This document shows positions 11,131-20,932 of a stretch of DNA of 64,000 bases, in pieces. Position 1 is the stretch's first letter. Each line of letters opens with the position of its first letter. The position numbers and the translations under genes are program-made. The notes below the pieces were generated by a model, which saw nothing but the letters and a program-made list of their open reading frames with translations, was not told the DNA's origin and ran no database searches. Source of the stretch: an uncultured delta proteobacterium (GTDB taxonomy: Bacteria > Desulfobacterota > BSN033 > UBA1163); NCBI GenBank assembly GCA_963708295.1, contig CAVPSJ010000013.1:263317-327316 (forward strand), in the 5' to 3' direction.

Positions 11131-12369
11131 CTATTCTTCTTCCGGGGGCTTGATCGTCTTAAAACTACGATAGAGCATCAGGTCGTAGACAATTTTAAGG
11201 CCACCGGACAAAAAGAAAGGAAGATTCAGCAGGGCTGCATTGGCGAGTAAAGGCCCGGTAACGACAGGCGATAAGGAGGCGCCCGTGGTCCGGGCAATCC
11301 CTGTAATGCCAGCGGCGGCGGAACGTTCGTCCGGTGCGACAACAGCCATGGTGTAGGATTGGCGGGTGGGTACATCCATCTGAGAGATACTGAAACGCAA
11401 TAACAGAGCCGCTATGGCTAAAGGCAAATTCGGCATGAGCGGCACCAAAATCAATAAAATGTTCGAAGGAATGTGCGTGAATACCATGGTTCGGATTAAA
11501 CCGATCTTAGAAGCCACCCAAGCGGCGGTCAGAGCCGAGATGCCAGCAAGAATATTCGCCCCAAAAAAAATGCTCCCCAGAATGGCCGGCTGCACATTAA
11601 AACGGACATGAAACCAATAGGCCAAAATGCTTTGAAGCACGAAACCCCCTGCGAAGGCATCGATGGAGAACAAAGCCGATAGCTTGAGCACCACCCTCCG
11701 GGAACGATGGAGACCAAAACGATCCTTGAAGGCGGAGGTGGATGGAGAGGGGCCACGTAGGGTCGAGACCTCCACTGCTGGGGAAAGACGGGTAAATAAT
11801 CCCCCCAGTATCACTCCGATGATCGCATACCCGATCACAATCGAGCGATAGCTTCCAAGCGGCGATATGCCGACGTTCAGAAGAGCCTGAACCAAGCTTC
11901 CTCCCGCGAGGGCTCCAAGCGCTGTGGCAAATGAACCGACCAGGTTATACCACGCGAAAATCTGGGTGCGTCTCTCGTTTGAAACGATTTGAGAGAGGGC
12001 TGCTTGCTCGATAGACAAAAACGGACCGACTTCGTAACCGCTCGGGCTGATGACTCCAATGGTAGCTGCGGTCAGCAGAAACACAAAGCTGCGCGTCATG
12101 GAAAATAAGATGCCGGCAAAGACCATGAGAAAGGCCCCGGCGATAAGCATTTTTCGTCGGCCAATCCGATCTGCGTTCGTCGTAATCCATAAGGAGATGA
12201 TTGTATCGCCAATCAAGGTCAGGCTCAGGAGGAGTCCGATTTGGACCTGGTTCAGGCCTGCCTGTTCGAGGTAGAGCACCAGCACTACGGAGAGGAACCC
12301 ATAGCCAAACATACGGGCGATGCGGGTGATGAAAAGGAAATTACCGTCCGGCGACAATCTACGAATCAT
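11131..12369 (-). CDS. MFS transporter
   Basis: ADRIGRRKML motif A, about 12 TM segments, MDVPTRQSY. Confidence 0.88.
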   Translation of the reverse strand: MIRRLSPDGNFLFITRIARMFGYGFLSVVLVLYLEQAGLNQVQIGLLLSLTLIGDTIISLWITTNADRIGRRKMLIAGAFLMVFAGILFSMTRSFVFLLTAATIGVISPSGYEVGPFLSIEQAALSQIVSNERRTQIFAWYNLVGSFATALGALAGGSLVQALLNVGISPLGSYRSIVIGYAIIGVILGGLFTRLSPAVEVSTLRGPSPSTSAFKDRFGLHRSRRVVLKLSALFSIDAFAGGFVLQSILAYWFHVRFNVQPAILGSIFFGANILAGISALTAAWVASKIGLIRTMVFTHIPSNILLILVPLMPNLPLAIAALLLRFSISQMDVPTRQSYTMAVVAPDERSAAAGITGIARTTGASLSPVVTGPLLANAALLNLPFFLSGGLKIVYDLMLYRSFKTIKPPEEE

Positions 12370-12684
12370 CTGAGATCATTCCCTCCACGGTCGCGCTCCC
12401 CCGATCGAGAGAGTGAAGGTTTCCCTCCACAACTTCTCAACACCCTGATTGTGGGACGACATATCTTCATCCTGAAAGTTCAATGGAAAATAATTTTTAG
12501 TTTAATCATCTCGAATTGAAAAATCAATCTTTTTCTCGGTGATCTATTCCTGGAGGACGAGAAAAAGCCCCTCCCATTGATCTTTTGCCGACGGTCGGTT
12601 AGTAGATAGAGGGCTTTTATTTTTTTGGGGGAATCTCGAAGGCTGAGTTTTGAGGAAACCAAATTTGTCCGGTCGGGGGGTAGA

Positions 12685-13221
12685 ATGGATTCTCAACCAA
12701 AGCAAACAAAAACAACAGGATTCAAAACGAAATGCCTCTCCATTCTTCTTCTATTACCCATTGCCTGTGGGATTGTTTTCGTAAAATCCTATGATGAAAC
12801 AGTCTCCCGGTGGAAGTCCTACAAAGACTTGGAAAGATGGATGGAAAAGGATTTTTCGTTCGATACAGAGAGGTTTAAGAGATTCGAGGGGACATTGCCA
12901 CCCCCGAGGACCCCGGAAGAAACTTTTAAACTCAAATCTGGCATCTACATTGATGCTGCGGTCTTTGCCAAGGAGGTTCTCAACCGGATCGATCCATCCT
13001 ATAAAGCTCAGATTGTGGTTCTCTTTATTGGGCGTGGAGTCAATCATTACGTCTGTTCTTTGAAGAAGGATGGAAGGATTTTCATTATGGATTACGGGAC
13101 ACCTTACAGAGCAATGGTTGGGGTCCATGGCCCGTTCAACTCTCTTGAGGATTATCGACTCTTCTTCGAAAAGAATCATCCGACCCTCAAGAACGTTCAG
13201 GCCATTACCTATTTGCGGTAA
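12685..13221 (+). CDS. Exported hypothetical protein with a transglutaminase/papain-like core, catalytic Cys apparently replaced
   Basis: N-terminal hydrophobic segment; RTPEETFKLKSGIYIDAA...NHYVC...IMDYG resembles the GxCxDxA...H...D triad layout. Confidence 0.5.
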   Translation: MDSQPKQTKTTGFKTKCLSILLLLPIACGIVFVKSYDETVSRWKSYKDLERWMEKDFSFDTERFKRFEGTLPPPRTPEETFKLKSGIYIDAAVFAKEVLNRIDPSYKAQIVVLFIGRGVNHYVCSLKKDGRIFIMDYGTPYRAMVGVHGPFNSLEDYRLFFEKNHPTLKNVQAITYLR

Positions 13222-13291
13222 ACGATCATCACAGAGACGCAGAGTTCCTTGCAGTTCAGTGGAGAGACTGGGGAAGGATCAGAACGAGATA

Positions 13292-14113
13292 CTACGGTAA
13301 AGGTTGAATGTTTAGAAGGTTTTTGATTCTTTCGAACAGCGGTTTTCTGATTTTTACTCTCAGGTAGAGGTCACCGGCTTCTCCACCCTCTTTGCCGGGA
13401 GCCCCCATCCCCTTCAATCTTATCTGCTGACCGTGCTTCATTCCCGGTGGGACGGTAACGATCAACTCTTTCGATCTCTTCCGGTGAAGGTATTTCCCTC
13501 TCGCTCCTTCAAGGGCCTGTCGGGGATCGAGATAGAGGACGTCGCTTAAGTCTTTCCCTCTTTCGGGTTCGTTGATGCTGAGGATTTTCTTTAGTAAGTA
13601 TTTAGTGAATTTACCGAGGTGTCCCGATAACACGTCAGGGGAGATTGGATTTCCTTGGAAGTTGCTTCTTCCAAAGCGGGGGCCAAAAAAGACAAATCCT
13701 CTTCCGGAAGCGCCCGGCTTTCGAAATTCGAAAGTGCGATATCCCTGGCCATACGACTCCCTGAACACCTCCTCAAAGCTTCTGAATCCGAAGGACCTCG
13801 CCATCTCCTCAAAAATCTGATTGATGTCAGATCCCCTGAAAATATCCTGTTCCGAATACCTCTGTTTAAACCGATTGTATCCTGAAGGCCCATACTGATC
13901 GTGGAATGCGTCATAATCTCTTCGCTTTTTTGGATCGGAAAGAACGGCATAGGACTCGTTGATCTCCTTCATCTTTTCGACTGCGGAAGGAGTTTCCCTA
14001 TTTTTATCGGGATGGTATTGAAAGGCCAGCCTCCGATAAGCTTCTTTAATTTTGTGGGGGGGAGCTTCTTTCTCTACATTGAGAATCTGATAGTAATCCT
14101 TCTGTTCCATCAC
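13292..14113 (-). CDS. DnaJ-domain protein (CbpA-like, no Zn finger)
   Basis: KDYYQIL...YHPDKN J-domain, G/F-rich linker, C-terminal IRLKGMG...GDLYL. Confidence 0.88.
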   Translation of the reverse strand: MMEQKDYYQILNVEKEAPPHKIKEAYRRLAFQYHPDKNRETPSAVEKMKEINESYAVLSDPKKRRDYDAFHDQYGPSGYNRFKQRYSEQDIFRGSDINQIFEEMARSFGFRSFEEVFRESYGQGYRTFEFRKPGASGRGFVFFGPRFGRSNFQGNPISPDVLSGHLGKFTKYLLKKILSINEPERGKDLSDVLYLDPRQALEGARGKYLHRKRSKELIVTVPPGMKHGQQIRLKGMGAPGKEGGEAGDLYLRVKIRKPLFERIKNLLNIQPLP

Positions 14114-14215
14114 TAAGGAATTATAATGGATAGCACTGTGGTTTACCAGGGATCTCCCCCGATCAATATGCTCTTGAGCCCTTTGGAGGCTCTTGATCCT
14201 CGTGCATCCCTTTGC

Positions 14216-14836
14216 TTAAGTCTTGTTTCGTTTTCTACTCGGCATATCCCTCTTGTAAGGTTTTGCCAGAATTTCGAGAACCCGAAAGTCGAAGAAATTG
14301 TTGGAGTGGGAAGGCCAAACCACAATAGCACAATCCACCCCGCCGCCCTTTCTTGAGTGGGTTCCTCCTACTGCAATGGTCTTCTGGATAGGGATGGCCC
14401 CACTGTCGGCAGCCATAATTGCACATTCGATCGCTACCTTCATCCCAACGCCCAGAAGGGATCTGAGCATCTCTGCCACAACCTCGGTGTGAGAAGCTCC
14501 TGAGAATTTATTACTGATGGAACGTTCCAGGCCGGAAAGGATATGGCTCTGCTTCACTACTTTGCAGCCCATAGATTCTAACTCGCCAAGAATGTCGAGG
14601 TTGAAATCCCAAACGCCAGGAGTAGAGAATCCGGGATGAGAACTCACAACCACTAAATTCGTATCACGAGCCATCCTTTTTGCGAACTTAAGGCCAGTCT
14701 CCCCACTTGAACTTGCTACGACAACACTTTTGATGTCCCCCTCTTGCAATCGCCTGTAAGCGATCTCCACCACATCCGAAGTATTCTCATAACCTGCCTC
14801 TTTAAAATAGTATATGGGTCGTTCGATGCCTTTCAT
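14216..14836 (-). CDS. Pyruvate-kinase C-terminal-like alpha/beta domain protein (MTH1675-like)
   Basis: YFKEAGYENT, VVVASSSGETG, GMKVAIECAIMAADSG and AVGGT; RBS AGGAGG. Confidence 0.8.
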   Translation of the reverse strand: MKGIERPIYYFKEAGYENTSDVVEIAYRRLQEGDIKSVVVASSSGETGLKFAKRMARDTNLVVVSSHPGFSTPGVWDFNLDILGELESMGCKVVKQSHILSGLERSISNKFSGASHTEVVAEMLRSLLGVGMKVAIECAIMAADSGAIPIQKTIAVGGTHSRKGGGVDCAIVVWPSHSNNFFDFRVLEILAKPYKRDMPSRKRNKT

Positions 14837-14859
14837 GCGTACCTCCTTCAGGAAAAATT

Positions 14860-14949
14860 TTAATACTTCGACGGTGCCGAAAGACGCTGCTCGATATCAA
14901 CCCAGGGCCAAATCCCCGGCTTCAGACTGGGGAAAGTCGAGAGGTTGAC
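14860..14949 (-). mobile_element. Possible IS200/IS605-derived non-autonomous element (MITE/PATE-like remnant)
   Basis: Minus strand GTCAACCTC...CCCCAGTCTGAAGCCGGGG hairpin...GGGTTGAT...GTCGAAGTATTAA resembles IS200/IS605 end hairpins; no transposase. Confidence 0.35.
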
Positions 14950-15215
14950 TCTTACGGAATCTGATCAGAGTAGCTGCCTCCGGAGATTTCGGAGGGATGC
15001 CAGTGCGAGGTTCCTCGCCCCTGCCCATTTCTCTCGGAAGGCCCGGCCCCGTTTCGATGTAAAAACAGGGGATGTGCTATGTCTAAGAAGATTAATCAAG
15101 CCTTATAAGTAGCATAAATTGTCAATTCCTGCCAATTTGGGTCAATTGGCCACCGCGTCAACCAATGCCATGTGGGGAAATACCTTTGAAATTGGTATGT
15201 TATAAAATTATGAGA

Positions 15216-15231
15216 TGGCATGGAAAATGCT
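15216..15231 (+). promoter_or_regulatory. sigma54 promoter TGGCATGGAAAATGCT
   Basis: GG-N10-GC about 100 bp upstream of the mltD-like gene, preceded by an AT-rich tract. Confidence 0.6.
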
Positions 15232-15332
15232 TATTACCCGTTGCCCTGGCAGCAAGAGTCAAAGCTCTGATTTATTCCTACAGGGTGGGAACGTTCATTG
15301 AAGATTGTTAAAAGCTCATAAGGGGGTTTCTT

Positions 15333-16631
15333 TTGATTCGATGGGTCTATCTCATAGCCATTGTCTTCCTGTTCTTTTCCACATCTCTTTCCCATGTTGC
15401 CGCCCAGGAAGAGGAGCTTTTCAGTGGGCAACAATCGAAGGGTTTCAATCTTCAAGAAATGTCGGTTCCTTCGACAGAAGGGTCATCCCCTTTCGTCTTC
15501 CCCGGTGGGGCAGAATCGCGCGTTGCAGCCTTAGAGCCTCCCGTATCCGGCGAATTCATTTATGATTTCAACCTGGAACTCCTTCTCGGGGATTTGCCTA
15601 AGAAGGAACCCCATTTTGACATTCCCATCGTCATCAATGACAATGTGGAACACTGCATACAACTTTTTCAGACGACGATCAGAGACAAGTTCATCACCTG
15701 GCTCGCCCGGTCCGGGAAATATACCCCTTTTATGAGGAATCTCTTGAAGGAACAGGGCCTTCCTGAGGACCTGGTCTATATGGCGCTCATTGAGAGCGGG
15801 TTCGACCCGTATGCTTACTCCAGGAGCAAGGCCGTAGGTCCGTGGCAATTCATCTACCTTACGGGGAAAAGGTACGGCTTAAAGGTGAATTGGTGGGTTG
15901 ACGAACGAAGAGACCCGGAGAAGTCCACCATTGCCGCGGCTAAATACTTGAAGGACCTCCATGAGATGTTCGCCTGTTGGTATCTTGCCGCCGCAGGCTA
16001 TAACGCAGGGGAATACAAGATCATCAGGGCGATGAAACGCTTCCGGACCGAGGACTTCTGGGCGCTGACGAAACATCGGTACCTGAAACGGGAGACAAAA
16101 AACTATGTTCCACTGATGATTGCGGCCGCGCTCGTGGCCAAAGACCCTGAGAAGTATGGATTCACCGACATCGAATACCAGGAACCTCTCCGGTATGAAA
16201 AGGTAAAGGTCCCTGAGTTGACAGATCTTTCTCACATTGCCAAAGCTTGCGAAATCTCCCTTGAAGAAATCAAAGATCTGAACCCCGAACTTCAAAGAGG
16301 GGTAACGCCTCCCCATGAGGCCGAGTATGAAATCAAGATCCCCTTTGCCAAGAAGGACCTCTTCAAGGACAACTTCGAAGCCCTGCAGCCTCTTGAGAAG
16401 TTTCAATTCAAGACCCATGTCGTAAAGAAAGGAGAGACCCTAAGGGGAATTGCCGGATTATACCGCGTGGATCTTGAACCTTTGCTGGAGATCAATGGCC
16501 TGAACAAGAAGAGTCCGCTTTCCAAAGGGATGGACCTTCTCATCCCTATCTCAAAGGACGAGGAAATCAAGCCTCTCGCGGTGGTCCAGAAACGGCTCGG
16601 GAAGGCTCGAAACGGTAAACCACAGAAATGA
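15333..16631 (+). CDS. mltD: Lytic murein transglycosylase (MltD-like, SLT + LysM)
   Basis: MALIESGF, AVGPWQF, AGYNAGE, ETKNYVP and a C-terminal LysM (HVVKKGETL). Confidence 0.9.
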   Translation: MIRWVYLIAIVFLFFSTSLSHVAAQEEELFSGQQSKGFNLQEMSVPSTEGSSPFVFPGGAESRVAALEPPVSGEFIYDFNLELLLGDLPKKEPHFDIPIVINDNVEHCIQLFQTTIRDKFITWLARSGKYTPFMRNLLKEQGLPEDLVYMALIESGFDPYAYSRSKAVGPWQFIYLTGKRYGLKVNWWVDERRDPEKSTIAAAKYLKDLHEMFACWYLAAAGYNAGEYKIIRAMKRFRTEDFWALTKHRYLKRETKNYVPLMIAAALVAKDPEKYGFTDIEYQEPLRYEKVKVPELTDLSHIAKACEISLEEIKDLNPELQRGVTPPHEAEYEIKIPFAKKDLFKDNFEALQPLEKFQFKTHVVKKGETLRGIAGLYRVDLEPLLEINGLNKKSPLSKGMDLLIPISKDEEIKPLAVVQKRLGKARNGKPQK

Positions 16632-16802
16632 TGTAATCACATCCTCAATTCCTACAACCCCCAGCCCAGCATGTGCTGACCTCTTTTTCAACACCAATAG
16701 ATGAATCCATCCTTTCCAACTTCAGCCCTTGACATGGATGGCCTGGAGACGAAACATGGCAAGTCGAGACACAACAAGAGATTGTCGTGTTTAGCCCCGG
16801 TG

Positions 16803-17693
16803 TTACCCACGGATTCTGTACACATTGGGAGGATCGCGATGAACTAGGCGTAGGTACTTGAAGTTCGGATAGCCGAGGGTCATCGCAGAGTAGCATTTGT
16901 GATCGGGAGGAATGTCCAACCATCGCTTGATCTTAGAGGCATGGTTTACCGCGTTCGACAAGAAACCGTTGAAGCAGCATCCAAGTCCCAGAGTGTGAGC
17001 CATCAGAGAACAATGATAGAGGGCTACCGAGCAGTTGAACGAAGAGCAAGGGTCCCAGGATTCGGCATGGGCGAGGATGACGACCGGTGCATGATAGAAA
17101 AGGCGGTCTTTCCCCTGCTTCATCAGTTCATTTGCATACTCAACCTTGGGGAGGGAGTCCTGCAGGGATTTTGCAGTTTTCCTGCCGGCGATTAATGAGA
17201 AAAAGAGCATACCCAGCCGCCCCCGAGCACGCGAAAAGATTTTACTGTAAAAGCGTATCGTCATCTTACGTAGCTCTTCAATCCGGTCTGGCGATGTCAG
17301 TACCACGTAGTGGACATTCTGGCTGTTGGTCCCCGTGGGCGCATAGCTTCCCGTATCGAGGATTTTCTTCAAAGCCTCTTCGGGAACGGAGTTAGAGGAG
17401 TAGTTTCGAACCGACCTTCTCTCCCGTAGGAGGAGTTCCAATAATTCAGGAGAGATGGCAGGCGCTTCCCCTTTTTTGGGGTGCATATCGAGACAGATTC
17501 CCTCATGAAGGATGGCGCCCGTCGGGCACACCGCTCCGCAGTGTCCACAACCGATACACCAGTCTTTCCTGGCCACCTCGGATTTTCCCATGGTCATATC
17601 AAGGACAAAGCTCGGACAGACTGCGACGCATCGCTCGCATCCAATGCAATCTTTCGTGACCACTACCGGCGGGTTCATCTTATGTTTTTCCAT
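16803..17693 (-). CDS. Ferredoxin-nitroreductase fusion protein
   Basis: Two CxxCxxCxxxCP motifs, then RRSVRNY and APTGTNSQ nitroreductase motifs. Confidence 0.9.
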   Translation of the reverse strand: MEKHKMNPPVVVTKDCIGCERCVAVCPSFVLDMTMGKSEVARKDWCIGCGHCGAVCPTGAILHEGICLDMHPKKGEAPAISPELLELLLRERRSVRNYSSNSVPEEALKKILDTGSYAPTGTNSQNVHYVVLTSPDRIEELRKMTIRFYSKIFSRARGRLGMLFFSLIAGRKTAKSLQDSLPKVEYANELMKQGKDRLFYHAPVVILAHAESWDPCSSFNCSVALYHCSLMAHTLGLGCCFNGFLSNAVNHASKIKRWLDIPPDHKCYSAMTLGYPNFKYLRLVHRDPPNVYRIRG

Positions 17694-18029
17694 TCAAGGA
17701 CTCCCTTTTCCCAAACGTCGCTCATGAGCAGGATGCGTGGCAAGTCGAAATCCTTTAATCATGCAACGTTTGTCCATTTTGGTCAAATGAACGACCTTCG
17801 CCGTAGAAAAAGGGAGAAGGCTCTCAGAGCTGGCTGTTGAAAGGGCGAAGGGTAAGATTTCCGACGATCTTTGCTTGACAATCTTTGCTCGATATATCAC
17901 GCTTGTACGAATCAGTGGATATCGGTATTGTCAATTTATGACCCCCTTCAGGACCGTCTCAAGAATCGCGATAGCAGAGGAAAATATGGCAGCGATCAGG
18001 GAGGATTTCCTTTTTTGGCTTCAGGCAAC

Positions 18030-19472
18030 GTGAACCATCCCACCTTACTCCTCATCGCCGCTGGAACGGGCTCAAAAGCACGCAACAAGGCTTTTGGCAT
18101 CCGCTTGCCATTGCTCGGGTATCCCGCCATCAGCCTTGCGGCGATGGCGTCTCTGACTCCGGACCGATTCAACATACGCCTCGTGGATGAGGTGAATGAA
18201 CCCGTTCCATATGGGCAGAACTGTGGGTTGGCCCTGATCGTCGGATTGACCCATCACATGCCGAATGTTTATCGTATCGCCGACCGGCTCCGGTCTGAAG
18301 GGACGAAAGTGATACTGGGAGGATTCCATGTAACGGCTCGGCCCGACGAATCTCTGGAGCACGCTGATTCTGTAATCCTTGGAGAGGCCGAGGCCGTATG
18401 GGAAGAGATTCTTGATGATTTTACGGGTGGAAACCTGAAGAAGAAATACATTGGCCGGGAGACAGACCTCGCCCGGCTTCCAAGCATCAGGCGTGACCTT
18501 TTTAACAAAAAATTCTACTATCCCGGAGAAGTCATTGAGACCACCCGGGGCTGTGCAGTCGGATGCAAGTTTTGCGGGGTTCAGAACTTTTTTGGCAGAA
18601 AGTACAGAGGGCGGCCGCCTGAAGCGATCCGAGAGGAACTGATGGCCCTTTTTGGTCCGAGGCCTCCACAGGCACGATGGAAGACCTGGCTGGCTCAACA
18701 CTGGCATCCTGACATTCCTTATTTTATCGAAAGGCGCCTCCTCTATGTGATGGATTCCAATTTCGTTTCGGACCCTGGTCATGCAAGGGCCGTGTTGCAG
18801 GTCTTCAAAGACTGCGATATCAGGTGGTATGGCCATGCGAGCTTCAACCTCATGCGAGACGAGTCGATGCTAGACCTGCTGGCCGAGTCTGGCTGTATGG
18901 GCGTGAATATCGGTTTTGAGTCGCTCTCGCAAGCCGTTATCGATTCTATGCACAAATTCCCGAACCGAACAGCCGAGTATGCCGATTGCATTCGTCGCCT
19001 TCATGAGCGTGAGATTGGCGTCATGGGCACGTTTATCGTCGGCTTTGATGATGACTCGGTAGCGGTTTTCAACCAGGTCGCAGAGTTTGCTATTGAAAAT
19101 CGCCTGGAGACCGCCTTTACGCTTATCCTTACGCCACTCCCCGATACCGCGCTCCACGCGCAGTTGGACTCCGAGGGTCGGATTTTTAGCCGCAACTGGG
19201 GCGATTACGACCACGGCTCGGTGACTTTTTTCCCCAAGAATATGACTCCGGGGCAACTCCACTGGGGGATGAGATCAACGTGGAGAAGGATCTATTCGTG
19301 GAGGAACATCTGGCGCAGGATTTTGACAAAGCCTCGTGTCCGACCTTTCTTCTTTCTGCCGGTCAACATCGGATTTCGCCGCTGCACTCGCCTGATCTGT
19401 TCCGGAAAACTCTGGCCGCCCCCCAACCCGGGCCCGCGCGAATCATCTCGCGAAAATGCCCCAATTCCTTGA
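18030..19472 (+). CDS. B12-binding-domain radical SAM protein
   Basis: VILGGFHVT and GEAE cobalamin domain; TRGCAVGCKFC CxxxCxxC; IGFES; FIVGFDDD. The GTG start at 18030 is inferred. Confidence 0.88.
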   Translation: MNHPTLLLIAAGTGSKARNKAFGIRLPLLGYPAISLAAMASLTPDRFNIRLVDEVNEPVPYGQNCGLALIVGLTHHMPNVYRIADRLRSEGTKVILGGFHVTARPDESLEHADSVILGEAEAVWEEILDDFTGGNLKKKYIGRETDLARLPSIRRDLFNKKFYYPGEVIETTRGCAVGCKFCGVQNFFGRKYRGRPPEAIREELMALFGPRPPQARWKTWLAQHWHPDIPYFIERRLLYVMDSNFVSDPGHARAVLQVFKDCDIRWYGHASFNLMRDESMLDLLAESGCMGVNIGFESLSQAVIDSMHKFPNRTAEYADCIRRLHEREIGVMGTFIVGFDDDSVAVFNQVAEFAIENRLETAFTLILTPLPDTALHAQLDSEGRIFSRNWGDYDHGSVTFFPKNMTPGQLHWGMRSTWRRIYSWRNIWRRILTKPRVRPFFFLPVNIGFRRCTRLICSGKLWPPPNPGPRESSRENAPIP

Positions 19473-19624
19473 ACCCTTAATCTGCACATTCCTGATATTC
19501 ATCGTTGACTTCCTCAGCCGTCATGACGATAAAAATGAGTCTCGGGTAAATGGCAGGAGGTCCAAGACTGCTCGTCAATAGGATGAATGTTCGAGGCCTC
19601 GGGCTGGATGTTGGTGACTGGCGT

Positions 19625-20932
19625 CTATTGAAGACCTCCCGTTGATTCTTCTTTAATCTCCGAAATCGTGGGGGCTGAAGGCTCGGAAAGATCCCGAACC
19701 CTTCCATGCTCGTCACTCACGATCGGACATAGTGGATACCCGTCATTCGTCTCAACGATCATTCCAGAACTTCCGTCCGAAAGGACAACTCGCCGCCCTG
19801 GAGCCAGTACATTCAGCAATGATAGAAACTTAGAGACATACTCTCTGTGAAGCTTTCCAGCCATTGTGTCCTTGATTAAAATCGTTGCAGTTTTGGCAAC
19901 GCTCAAAGCCGGCCGATAGGGGCGAACGGTTCGAAGGGCATCGTAGACGTCGGCAATGGCTACAAGAAGGCTCGCAAAATGGAGCGTGTGTTGCGGTAGG
20001 TTCCTCTTGACTTTCGGATATCCAGATTGGTTGGCCCCCATATGATGCTGGTAGGCCACTATCGGAAGGAGAGGGTTTGCCGATTCCACGCCCGGGATAT
20101 CGAGGAGGAGCCGCGCACCGCAGGAGGGGTGCCTCTGCATGAGGAGCCACTGTTCCGGTGTGAGGGAGCCATTCTGGTTCAGGACCTCTTTGGGAACCTC
20201 TTTCTTCCCGAGATCGTGGCACAATGCGGCCATGGCGATCGCGCTGACCATCTCGTCTGAAACCTGGAGCGCCTGCGCCAGGGCCGACGAAAGAACGCAA
20301 ACATTGAGAGCGTGAGTAAAAGTGTAGTCATCGAAATTCTTCATCTCACGGATGGGCTCAAAAAGGTCCCTGCCAACGGCCAGACGGGCCACAATCGAGC
20401 ACACGACCTCGCGGGCCCGAACGAGACCCTCAGGTTTTTTGGATTCGAGATCGGAAAGGACCTCCTGAGCTTCGGCAAGAAATCCCATATATCCTGTAAC
20501 TGCTTGTGTTAGGACCGAATCAGGGGCCACCGATCCCCCCAGTTTAAGGGAGCCTGCGATAATTTTGGAGCCTCGGTAGGGGGGGCGGCCCCTGGAAACA
20601 ACATTTTCGATCCAGGCCGTCAGATCCTCCTCACCCGCATCGGCCTCGATCTGGACACTCTCGAACCCGAGCTGCTGGAGTGATTGGAAAAGGGCTCGAA
20701 AGGACACAGGAAGATTTTCTATCCGCCGGTCCTCGACAATCGTATCGCTCCCAAGGAAGGTGATCCTAACAGGTTGTCCCCATTCGATAAGCTTCTGCGA
20801 AGCTTGCCGGGCCGACTGGAGAACCTGCTTGGTTCCTGGGGCATAGATTCGTCGCATCCGAAAGAGAGCCCCGAGGGCATGGAGAAAATAATCAAGTGCC
20901 TTCTGCGCCACAGCTTTTTTCCTTATTTCCAA
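19625..20932 (-). CDS. HD-GYP domain phosphodiesterase (cytoplasmic)
   Basis: YTFTHALNV, HDLGK, HHMGANQSGYP, IADVYDAL and RPYRPA. Confidence 0.88.
   Translation of the reverse strand: MEIRKKAVAQKALDYFLHALGALFRMRRIYAPGTKQVLQSARQASQKLIEWGQPVRITFLGSDTIVEDRRIENLPVSFRALFQSLQQLGFESVQIEADAGEEDLTAWIENVVSRGRPPYRGSKIIAGSLKLGGSVAPDSVLTQAVTGYMGFLAEAQEVLSDLESKKPEGLVRAREVVCSIVARLAVGRDLFEPIREMKNFDDYTFTHALNVCVLSSALAQALQVSDEMVSAIAMAALCHDLGKKEVPKEVLNQNGSLTPEQWLLMQRHPSCGARLLLDIPGVESANPLLPIVAYQHHMGANQSGYPKVKRNLPQHTLHFASLLVAIADVYDALRTVRPYRPALSVAKTATILIKDTMAGKLHREYVSKFLSLLNVLAPGRRVVLSDGSSGMIVETNDGYPLCPIVSDEHGRVRDLSEPSAPTISEIKEESTGGLQ

Noticed and set aside
14950-15000. TPP riboswitch (CTGATCAG-like segment)
   Set aside because: Lacks the CTGAGA and TAATGC..GCG.AGGGA elements and is on the wrong strand for the adjacent gene.
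16757-17749. 11-bp direct repeat TGGCAAGTCGA flanking the nitroreductase gene as an insertion scar
   Set aside because: Short, with no mobility gene or inverted repeats; may be chance.
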